A stretch of 64,000 bases of DNA from Tubiluchus corallicola. Taxonomy: Eukaryota; Animalia; Priapulida. A program made the translations under genes and the position numbers. Shown here one piece after another: positions 27,301 to 37,856 of the stretch. The stretch lies in assembly GCA_030141605.1 (NCBI GenBank), contig JAQGDQ010000197.1:1-64000 (forward strand), written 5' to 3'. How positions within the stretch are numbered: position 1 is the first letter of the stretch; every line of letters begins with the position of its first letter. The notes under the pieces are model-generated. The model did no database searches. It was not told where the DNA came from and saw nothing but the letters and a program-made list of their open reading frames with translations.

Positions 27301-30300
27301 ACTGTATTTCCTTTACCATGACGCATGTATTAAAATTCAATTCAGTCCACCCTTTATTTCAGCATTAATTATAAGTAACCTGTATTGTCTAACATGCATG
27401 GTATGGCCAAAAAGACCTGTGATATAATACTAAAATAAATTTTCTGCTTAGTTTTTTTTGAGCACTGCTTGTTCTGTTTAGTGTAAAATAGTAAAATAAT
27501 TTTACTAGTAACATACTAATTTGTACTAATATTTCTATTATTTTTATTTGCATGAAATGACTAACTGTGGACTAAAACCTGCCTGTTGCAAGCTTTGGTT
27601 GCCTGATATCTCCACACTGGGGATACTTTTGGTTTGGTACATTTAATTTATTAAAGCATGCTGTAATAACATGGTTACTGTTTAGTGTATTTGCCTGCTC
27701 AGTTCTAGTACTAACAAAGTAATATTAATTTCCTGCCACCTGTTTCTGATATTTTGACATATGTTGTTGATGCTGGTGGTATCAGAAGAATCTGAAACTA
27801 ACACAATTAAAAACTGTTCTATTTCTTAGATACGGCTGTGTTTATTTTCTAAAGTTGTTAAGCTAAAGTGACTCGGTACTATTCTAATATTCTTAACCCT
27901 CGGCAGCCGCAAATGGTTACTAATACACCCCGAACGTCTATATTGAGTTACAACTTTGTACCTTTGTACCATGAAGACATCACTACCTTTTTTCTTAGAA
28001 TCGTGTTTAAGTGGTTATCGGTCTACTATAAGGTGTCGTTTGACTTCTTGCATGTCATCCGCTTTGGTTGTAATATTGATTACAACTCAGTAAGGTGAGA
28101 TTTCACTCAAGCCCTGACATTGCTGTCATGTCGTATTTCTCTATTAACTGATATAGGCAAAAATGAAAAGTAAACAAATGGGAAATATTTTATTGTGCAT
28201 GTTAGCTGGCTTTAAAATGTACTGTTATTGTGAAAAAAATATCGTATGTTAGGCCATTAAGACTAAATTAAGTGATGTGACATACTTACTAATTAAAAAC
28301 ATGCCTTCTGACAATTTTCTTACAATTTTTAATGTGCAACCTTAATGCAGGTTTTGCTAATACAGCAAAGTAATCAAAGGTATGAAGTAGGTTTATTGAC
28401 CAACTGAACTAATATAGTAACATTTCTTCTATATTTATGCATGGAGAGAAATAATTCCATTGCTAGTATTCGCATGACTGTAGAACATTTGTAGGGGCTG
28501 AGAGTTAAGTATGTTATTTGCTGTTAATCTAAAGCACTTGTTTTTTCTTAAAGACCATCATTTCATGGCGTGGAATTCATTTTTCTTTTTGTGCAAAACG
28601 CTGCCAAAACAGGTTTGCTAACGTGTGTACATCAAACTAAACATGTGTAGGAAAATTTATTTTTTGTATTTTTTAACTCTTTATCTAAGAATTGATTTGC
28701 GACACAAAATTAATACATTGAAGGTACCGTTTTAACAATTCAAACCATTCTGTTTAAGCTGTTGTACAACACTTTTAATTATAAAGGATTTTTTGAACGA
28801 TCTTTTAACTTTGCTGAACATACTTTACCATTGGGTTTATTTACACGAGGGTGCCTCAGCCAGTTGAAAATGAATTATCTATGTATGAAGTAAATTATGA
28901 ACATATTTTAGGGAATTATTTTATAAAATATTATTGTGTTTTGTTGCTGTGTAAGCTTGAGTTTACTATGTACTGACGTTTTTCATAGAACAGCGTTAAT
29001 AAGTGTTATCTCAGAGTAAAAAAATTGTTAACAAAGTGGTTTTAAGTCGCTGATTAAAATCGGTCAATTTACCAAGTGATTTTGCTGTCAAACAGTTAGT
29101 TTCAGTTTATTTTACTGTGTGTTAAGGTCAGCCATCATCCTCCTGCAGCTGCAATGTACACTGAAGGAAGAGAGTGGATTTGTTACCAGGAGTTTACCAT
29201 GTCCAGCAAATTTCGTGGGAAATATCTCAACATTATCCCTTTGGGTGTAGCCCATTTAGAATTTCCTAGTTCAGGCAATCACTACACCTGGCGAAAGGTA
29301 TTGTAGAATGCTGTTTAATGCATCCTATTCAGCCTGTGCATAGAACTATGTTTCATTATTGTTTAGCAGGCGTCATGTCAACCAATCAGGCAACAAAGTG
29401 TACTGCAACAGGTAGGTTTTAGAGTTCAAAGACGTGCATTGTTGATGTTAATCTTTTAGGGCTCAAACTTGCTTTGCAAGCCTGTAACATGCTCTGCTTT
29501 TCGCATGGTATGCATTTCTCTAGGTATCGCATCACCCACCGGCTGCGGCACAGTTTGCCGAGGGACCCGGTTGGGTGATGAGTAAGGATTTCTGTGTAAA
29601 GAGCAAATTTCGTGGAAAGTATTTACAGGTTATGCCAATTGGGTTAAATCAACTTGAATTTACAAAGTCTGGACATGTATATACATGGAAAAAGGTAAAT
29701 TGGCAAGAGATGAGAAATCTTGAATGTTATGTGAGTTGTTTTATACAGCATGTTTGTTTTTTGTTGTTGTTGTTGTTATTGTGTTTTTCGATAAGATAGT
29801 TTGCTTTAGCTATTTAGCTGTTTGTACCAAGTAGTGAATTTTCTTAGTGAATTTTTTGTGTGATGTGAGTGCCGTATTAAGACAGTGGTTGGCATACTTT
29901 TTTATGCACTGCATAATTTTACATGATTTAAAAAGATCCACAGAGCAAATTCAGTAAAAACTGTTGTTGTGTCGGTTTGTGTAACATTTTATTCTTGTAC
30001 TGAATAAAACATTAGTGTTTCTATAAAGCTACATATATTGTGAACAGTGTTTAACAATTTACTATATATTATGGCTTATATATTTCATTAATTGATATGC
30101 AAACTCGTTTCAATAATTTGTTGCAAGAAACTAAAAGAAATTTGTTGAAACTGAAATCGAATGTAATTAGTATTATAAAAGTGACGTCGGACAATAATAC
30201 GGATTTTGCACCCCTTTTTTATTACTTTCCTTGTATTTTACATGGTTACTGTTTTAGGAGGTAAGTATTTATTGCACGTTTTTCTTTGCATGCTTCTTTT

Positions 30301-33300
30301 CTTACTGTTCTGCAGTCTGTCTGCTTTCAGTTTTAGTGAATCTAGTTTTTATTAAAATTGTTGCATTTTGTTTAAAGATAAAGTTTAGATTATAAAGTTG
30401 TGCAATTCATTCAAAAAATATTGGTCATGATTGCTTTAATTTGTTGTCACTTTGATGTTATACTTTGTCTTCATGTAATCTGTTGAAAGATTGCAATTGG
30501 TATGCCAGATGAAGGTGACTGAATAAATAGAACAATGCCTTTGCTTAAGTGGATGCTGGTAATTATTTTCACCTTAAGAATTCAATTTCTTCATCTCCAA
30601 TCTGTTTGGAAATTTTTCTGTTAGACAAAGGTTATTTGAGCCATCGCAGTTTCATCAAATCAAACATTTATGTAATTTGTATTGCTTTTTTAGCAGATGT
30701 GACTGTTAGAGCTTGCAACGTTAGTGATAGTCATTGGTATCATTGGACAGTAACTTGTACACATTTTAGTTTTGTGTAGAAAGTATTTCTTATGTTTTAG
30801 ACATAAATGTATTTGTGTGATAAGTTTATGGACCTTTTGAGCCTCATGAAAAACGATGTAAGTCTGTTTAACGTAAAGTATTTCAGATGAAAGTGAAGCT
30901 TGTAATTTTTTACAATTCAATTCAATACATTTATTTGTTTACCTATGGTTATGTCAAGCTATTTGCCACAAATTTCATTTTTAACTAATTTTTTTACATT
31001 GCACCTTTTGTAAATTTTCTACACAACATTTTTAATACTTGCGTGATTTTCATGATATTTGTTGCTGTGTAGGTGATGACAACAGTTCACAACATCATTG
31101 TTGGAAAATTGTGGATAGATCAATCAGGAGAGATGGACATTGTCAATCACAAGACAAAAGATGTTTGTCGGCTAAAATATTATGCTTATAGTTATTTTTC
31201 TCGTGAAGCACCGCGAAAGGTATTTCATCTTAGTTTTATATAGTCACTTTAACAAAAATTATGAAGTTATATTTATAAAAAGCAATTTTTGTTTTATAAA
31301 ATATCACAATTTAGGCATTGGTCACTTGGGCAATTATCACACGCAATTAGTACATGCGGTAATTGATAAGAAATAATGGTACTATTGCATGTTGAAGATG
31401 AGTAAGTGTTGAGGTTGAGTATAATACTAGTAAGTTCTGAATGCACAGTTCCATAAGAACAAACTAGCTATGAGTAGATAGTATGGAACTTATTTGCTGC
31501 ACAGCATTTATTTCTTATCAAAGCCTCTTTTTATTGAGCATGTTGGTAAGTTCATAGATACATCTTCACTATAATAAACTTTATTGTATTATATTATCAA
31601 ATTTATTAATGTGGTTCTGAAGAATTTCATTAATTTTGATTGTTACGCTCTCTAGGTTACGGGTGTTGTGACAGATGCAGCTGGTGGTGTACGATGGGTG
31701 TTATCCGGTCATTGGGATGATAAGATTGAAGGTGCTAGAGTCATTGAAAAAGCTGATAACAGTAGCAGCTTTACGTCTAAGCAGAGTAGTAAGCCCTTGT
31801 TAGAAACGTATGCACCAGTTTTACTATGGAAGCGACGTGTGCCTCCGTAAGTCATAATTTTGTTATTAGCGCTTTTCTGTCATTTTCTGGTGTTTCAAAC
31901 AATTTTTGGTCATTTTTGCCTCTCTGTTACTCTCGTAATCAACGTGGCATTGGTTAGATGGTTAGAATTAGTCATGATATACAGAGTGACTGACAGCCTA
32001 ATTCTAATATCTTCTATGTGAAATTTTATTTCTTAATTGGCCTAACTTTCTATGGGATTGTGTTAGGAGATGCTCTAGGAGTAATCTGATTAGTTATAGC
32101 AGATGATAATTCTGAATTTACTGGTTCATTTCTTTTTTGTACACAGACCTGATAACTCGCGATTCTATAACTTCACTCAGTTGACAGTTCAGCTGAATGA
32201 ACCAGAGGAAGGTGTAGCACCCACGGATTCACGAAAGCGACCAGATCAGCGAGCTATGGAGGAAGGTGATTGGGATGCTGCTAATGACGTATGCACTTTT
32301 ATCCTCTTTTACTCTAGTGCATATTTTGTGAAGTATTTGACTCAGTTTCATTCAAATGTCAGCGTGTAAATTTGTCTAGATGACAGTTTTAGTGGTTATT
32401 AATTGCATATTGTTTGATTCTATGTTGGCCTGTTTTGATAACATTGCGTAAAGTACAAATTAACACTTTGTTTAGGGGATTTAATTTTTTACGTTAACTC
32501 AGAGACCTTGTTTTTGGTAAATTTCTTTAGAGGCACTAGATGCTAGTGTAGTAACTGTACTCCTTAGAAAATGTATTACACAAGAGCAGGTCCTCCATTG
32601 GTAAATGATTTGATATTATAGCTAGGCAATGTGAATATCTAATATCTAGTAAAAAGCCTCTAGGTTATGTTGAAAATGTATGAGCAGTTAAACAGTATGT
32701 AACAAAATGATAGTATTTGCAATGAAGTTGTATTACAATTTTACAGTTGAAAGTGAAGCTGGAGGAGAAACAGAGACGTAAGAGGCGTGAGAGAGAACAG
32801 GAAACTGAGAATGCAGCTGCCCAGGGTATGTACACGTGTCCTGTGTCCTGTACCTGTACACGTGTCCTGTTTTCTACTTGTGAATGTATTGGCGAAACTG
32901 TCTAGCTTTTTGCCCCTAATTTTTCCATCTTAGTACTAACTAGTTGCATGCAGAAACGTAAGAGTTAATCTCTAGATTGTTCGCTAGCAAACTATGGTAC
33001 TAGCATTTCAAGTACTTTGTGAGGGATAAAATTTTAATAGTTTTTCTCCGGTCCTTTTGCAAGTTTTTTGCACCTTGAATTTAAAGATATTCATCGCTGC
33101 AGTTGCTGAATGTAGCTTTATCATTAATTTGATGCTTTCAGTTACAGTCGTGTATAATTTGCAGGACGGCCTTTTAAGCCTTACGAGCCGGTGTGGTTTC
33201 GAAAAGAACGTAACCCTTTGACAGGAAGTTTAATACATATGTACAAAGGGAACTATTGGGAATGTAAAGAGGTGCAAGACTGGAGCATGTGTCCAAAGTT

Positions 33301-33340
33301 ATTTACTCTCGAGGAGGCGGGACAATCAGCATCTCCATAG
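12370..33340 (+). CDS. OSBP: Oxysterol-binding protein (OSBP/ORP4 subfamily): PH domain, coiled coil, FFAT-like motif, ORD; 812 aa with one copy of exon 11
   Basis: Manually spliced GT-AG exons with consistent phases: 12370-12515, 17708-17831, 19174-19255, 20094-20213, 20642-20775, 22533-22722, 23238-23334, 24225-24390, 25189-25416, 26150-26395, [29127-29297 or 29524-29694], 31073-31219, 31656-31846, 32147-32288, 32747-32825, 33165-33340 (2439 nt). Motifs: [74 protein letters not shown]. Confidence 0.96.
13520..13925 (+). mobile_element. Highly degraded LINE ORF2 C-terminal fragment in OSBP intron 1
   Basis: Broken frames read ..[28 protein letters not shown], resembling a LINE C-terminal zinc knuckle. 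Many disruptions. Confidence 0.4.
14945..16225 (+). mobile_element. 5'-truncated CR1/L2-group (Crack-like) LINE with 3' UTR, in OSBP intron 1
   Basis: ORF 14958-15716 has [41 protein letters not shown] and HSYSTR. The 3' UTR has a stem-loop CAGGGCAGG(16101-16109)/CCTGCCCTG(16135-16143), AATAAA near 16203 and a short (CTATGT)-like tail. Confidence 0.85.
22161..22329. repeat. Degenerate MITE-like inverted repeat
   Basis: CGGTGAAACAGGAACTGAAC versus the reverse complement of GTCCAGTTTCTGCTTTACTG (about 15/20). Confidence 0.4.
22857..23007. repeat. Palindromic MITE-like dispersed repeat (second, partial copy at about 16564-16680)
   Basis: AGCCTTTTCACAGTTT...GTCAAAGGTTA...ATGTGGGTAAAGCAAA is shared by both loci. 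Internal inverted repeat GTCAAAGGTTAA..CCAGA / TCTGG..TTAACCTTTGAC. Confidence 0.6.
27572..27711 (+). promoter_or_regulatory. Upstream intronic element complementary to the 11a/11b intron (candidate selector)
   Basis: 27572-27590 pairs 19/19 (one G-U) with 29404-29422. 27598-27607 pairs 10/10 with 29385-29394. Further colinear blocks are 27692-27699/29365-29372 and 27701-27707/29341-29347. Confidence 0.75.
29127..29297 (+). CDS. OSBP: OSBP exon 11a (candidate mutually exclusive exon)
   Basis: AG|GTC...AAG|GT, 171 nt, phase 0/0. Translates as [57 protein letters not shown]. Confidence 0.93.
29336..29491 (+). promoter_or_regulatory. Inter-exon intronic element (candidate docking site for competing RNA duplexes)
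   Basis: Complementary to 27572-27711 upstream and, in shorter colinear blocks, to 30241-30335 downstream. Confidence 0.65.
29524..29694 (+). CDS. OSBP: OSBP exon 11b (candidate mutually exclusive exon)
   Basis: TAG|GTA...AAG|GTAAAT, 171 nt, phase 0/0. Translates as [57 protein letters not shown]. Confidence 0.9.
30241..30335 (+). promoter_or_regulatory. Downstream intronic element (candidate competing selector; contains a candidate 3-nt microexon at 30258-30260)
   Basis: Shares ACATGGTTACTGTTT(T)AG and TGYCTGCT..CAGTTYTAGT with the upstream element. Nested complementarity to 29341-29491. TTTTAG|GAG|GTAAGT. Confidence 0.5.
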
Positions 33341-36300
33341 AAACAAAGACTGAGATACTTGAGAATGATGTGATCATGTCTGTATGACAGCTAATGAAAT
33401 CTGTTTCCATTGTAGATGAACCTGCATCAAATTAAGCAAAATGCAGAGATAAAATGGAATAGAAAATAAACAGTATAACAGTTGAAACAGACGGATATAT
33501 TAAACCACTTGTGTGTACTGTGTACGTGCAGTTTCTTTAAAAAAATAGTGCAAATATATAAATTTATTAGCCTTTGTGAGCAAGGCTTTGGTATTTTTTT
33601 CTTTGACAAGTGCAGCATAATTTTTGAACTAGAAGTTCAAGTGCATGAGATTCTTCATTAGATCAGATTACTAATGAAAACAACTATTTTCGTTTCTATT
33701 ACCAAAAATTACTTTCCTTCAAACTAAAGCTTTGAATCATTTTAGTCTTGACACCAGTACTGTACTGCCCTGAAAATAGCATGAAATATTTAAACTAAAT
33801 TATTATGTCAAGTCCTATTATTATAGAAAGTGATCTGTAATTTTTCTTTTGAAAGCAATTTTTGTAGCAAGATGTTAGTTCTAAGCATTGGAATGCATGA
33901 GTAAGATAAATGTGTAAAAAGATCTGAGTTTCTGTGTACAGTTTGCTCGCCTGTGATCAATTCCTATTTATTTCATCTGTAGAATACACTCTTGAGTTTG
34001 TGTATAAGTGGAAGATGCTTTCACTTTATTCCTTAATCTGGCTTCCATGCCTTGCTCACTCATTTTCTTCACATGTGCCAAGTTTTTACGTATTATTGAT
34101 AGCACATACTTTATTGCTGTGGATTATATATAAAGTAATACATGTTGTGTCTTGCTGGGCAAGATATATTATATTGTTGGAAATGTTATCAGCTAGTATT
34201 ACAACGTACATGCAATGGGCTATTTGAATTTTACAAAGATGTATAGCGGCCATCAGTGGCCAAGTGCAGAGCTTGTTTGTTCATAAATACATAGTGTGGC
34301 CCATCCCTTTATTAACAAGATGTTCATGACAAGTTTTCATCCTTGACTGATCTGTTGTAATGGCTTTATTTTTGAGGGTAGATTTTCTGTAATTTGTCAT
34401 AATAACAATTATTTCCAGCAATAGTTTCGAGTGATCTTTTCTTTAATATCTGTGTTAAATAAATAACCGTAATTATTATAGCAAGTTTTAGCATTGCAGT
34501 TTTCAACATTCATGATAGAGGAGTGCAGACGATCAACCCAATTCCTGTAACTTACAATTACTAATTAGTTTGTTCTCTTTGATTAACTACTGGAAAAAGT
34601 GTATGTTACTAATTTAAGCACTGTATGTTACTGATTGCTGCCGTGAAGTTGATAATACACGCATGTGATGCTACTTTGCTTCGTTAATAATGTAAAGTTA
34701 TTGTTGTTAATATTGAGAGGGAAATAATGTTGTTTTTCTATTCACTATTTCTGTGTTATGTAATTTGTACTGCAGTTAAGGGCTATTTTTTATATTCACT
34801 CAGATGTAACCGTGGTTATCTCACTTCTAAAGTGTCAATTGTGTATGATGTAAATGAATTACACAAATAGTAAACTGAAGTGGTACAACTTTTCTTTATT
34901 ATCTAATACATGCGATATGCTTATAAAAGTTGCAGAAATATGAGGAAATGAAAAAGAAAGAAAATTCCACTCTTTGAAGAATGAGAAACAATTTGTTACT
35001 CATGTCTTTCTTTGCCTGTCAAATTAAGTGAAGTTACATTTTGGAATTTTTCCAAAAGCTATTCAATTATGTTAACTTTTGACATCAGCACAATGCAAGT
35101 ACAGTATCAGTTGAAATGTTTAGATTGAATTCCATGTCAAGTTAAACAGGAGTACTTAATACTGTCATCTGTCGAGGCAAGTTTGGTGCACTTTGAATGG
35201 AGTTTTGATTAAATTTAAGTTTCGGTTCTAGGCTGACTGTGTGTCACTATGATTAAAGGAAAAACTAATCCTCAATCAGCATTTGTTGTATTGAAATTAC
35301 CATGTAATATACGCGCATAAAGTGCAAAAGATCATTCTTATGTCAAATGGACATCGCTGTGGTTGTATTTTTAAAAAATGACACATGGTGGACAGCACAA
35401 AAGCACTCGCAACAAGACTTCTGTAGTTCACTTAGAAATTACACTATTCTGGTGTGGTGTTTTACTGTTCTGCATGCAGTTCTGTGAGATATAATAGGTG
35501 CCAGGCGGGTTAATTAGTTCATAGAGTTCAGTTATAAGTTGTTAAAATAATTACTCAGTTCTTTTTTCAGGGTTAATTCCAGGTTATTGTACTACCATCA
35601 GTAAATGTTTTTGAGTACAGTGGGCAACAACATTTATCAAAAAGTAAAAAATAGAATTCATAATAGATTTTACGTTTTGGATTGTTTATAGTCGATAACA
35701 GTAACTGCAGCTGCAAGAGAAGTTTGCTGAAGCACCTGGCAGGATACGTGTTTATATGACATTGTAACTGAATGACGCCATTTTTCGTTCAAAATGTGAT
35801 GCTGAAGCGTGAAGTAATCGCGTTTTTAAACAGATTTTATTAATTATATAAGGCGCTTATCACAATTCTATTGCCGAAACTGTCTAACATTTTTCTCAAA
35901 TATTAGAATAAGCTGAACTTCCCGAGAGACTTGGCTTTTCCTTTAAAGTTTACTGCTATTTCAAGATAAGATTGATTCACTCAGCACCTATTAGACACAA
36001 GAACTCAAACCTGCCATAAAACAACAATTTGAAATGGTTTTAAAGATCTGTGTCAAAATATAACAATTATTATTTTCATAATCATGCAAGACAATAAATA
36101 TCAATTAAGAGTCAAGAATCCTCAGTTTATCACATCAAAATTGATAATAGAAAGTCATTAGTGTTGCTATTAGCAGCATGAATTTCGTGAAGTTGATACA
36201 CAAAAAAACTATGACAACAGACGAGTTTATACCGTATTAACACTTAAAATCAGAATAAGGTTCTGTAATTGAACACATAGGAATTTCACATATTGCTATA

Positions 36301-37856
36301 AAGCCAATGTTTCTAATTTTTTTAATGTTAACTTAGTACACAAATTTAATAGAAACAATTAACAAGTTAATCTTTATTGTAACCTAACAAAAATTAAAAT
36401 TGTTTAATAAATAAAACAAATAAAAATTTATGCAGCTCTTAAAATATTCAATTATTGAAACAAAATCAAAATGCAATAATGCCTTAATCTAAAGTTTACT
36501 CAGATTAATTGCAACTTAACAAAATAACACTACCAGTACGTTAACAAGAGAGGATGAAATATTCATCATTAACAAAGTAAAATTTGAGCAACAATAATTA
36601 CTGAAATAATAATAGTTATAATAAGAATAAAGCATACACGAATGAACTACTTTTCACACGCATTAAAAATACCCTGTCAAACTAAAAAAGGGTAAACAAT
36701 TTCTCACATAATTATAGAGTCTAGCATTAAGTATAAGAATATCATACACATAACATAAAGATCTGATAAAAGGTTTAGTTAAGCTGACATACAAGTAGTC
36801 AAAATTAAATGAGAAAGTATTCTATGAGCATTAAAAACAGAGTGCTATATTGCTCAAGCCTGCACGCAAGCTCCAATACCGATGTCAGTAGATTTAGAAT
36901 AATTTACTGAACACATTTAAGGCACAGAAAATTGTTGCTGCTTTTATAGTTATGTTTAAGTAAATATAGTTGGATCATTGATTGTTACAAGTTTGCTAAC
37001 CGAAATAATGAAAGATAATTTATTAGTAAATTATGTTGCCTTCTCGGGCCGTTTTTCGGAAGAAGACAGACATCCACTTGCACAGATAGTCCCACCCTGC
37101 TAAAATTTCTACTATGAAAAACTGACTGAAGAATATGACTTTTACTTGTATGCATATTATGAAACAACAAATAAAACTTGAGCAAATACTACATGGTTTA
37201 AAAAGCTTCATATCAATATAACTCTAACCTTTCAACACATGACATAAACTGCTACAGTTGCCATATGTAAACTGACTAGAAATGAAGTTGCTATGGCCAA
37301 TGGCAGATATAACAAATTAATGAGATTTTAAAATTTATCTTCATCCTTTTAAACTAAAGTTAACAAAGACCGATACTATGAAATTTAAGCACATTTCTAT
37401 AAAGGTCTTTTAGAGGCAGCTCTCACAGAAGTGTTAATTTTTAAAATACCACTCCTAACAATGTGCATAAATGAGGTAAAGTTAAGCTTCACCCTTCAAG
37501 AGTGACATTTTAGCTACTTTAGTGCATAATGTCCTCTGTAATAACAACAATTTTCGTAGCCCAAATTATGATGCATAGTCATACATGCAAAATAGTACTT
37601 AAAGCTCATCTTCTTTACACAATTACTGTCTGCTTGGTTTTGTTTTGATTTTAAGCCCAAATTGTGACATCCTCCTTGAAAAAAATCATGCTAACCTGAT
37701 TGTAGCTATATAAAATACTAATAATTGTTATTTGTAAAATTCTTATAATAAGGATTACAAAGATAAACTTTACCAATGATTTGCATTTTAAAACCAAGTT
37801 TGCAAAAAGGTGCAAGTGTTTGTAAAATATTTAAAATGCTAATAATTAATATGATG

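Noticed and set aside
28335-28355. TGCAAC..GCAGGTTTT as a second partner for 27572-27590 upstream of exon 11a
   Set aside because: Only 6+9 bp with an internal gap and about 770 nt from the exon; too weak to separate from chance by eye.
33341-37856. Overlapping antisense 3' UTRs of convergent OSBP and B3GLCT
   Set aside because: Several possible poly(A) signals exist on both strands in AT-rich DNA; transcript ends cannot be fixed from sequence alone.
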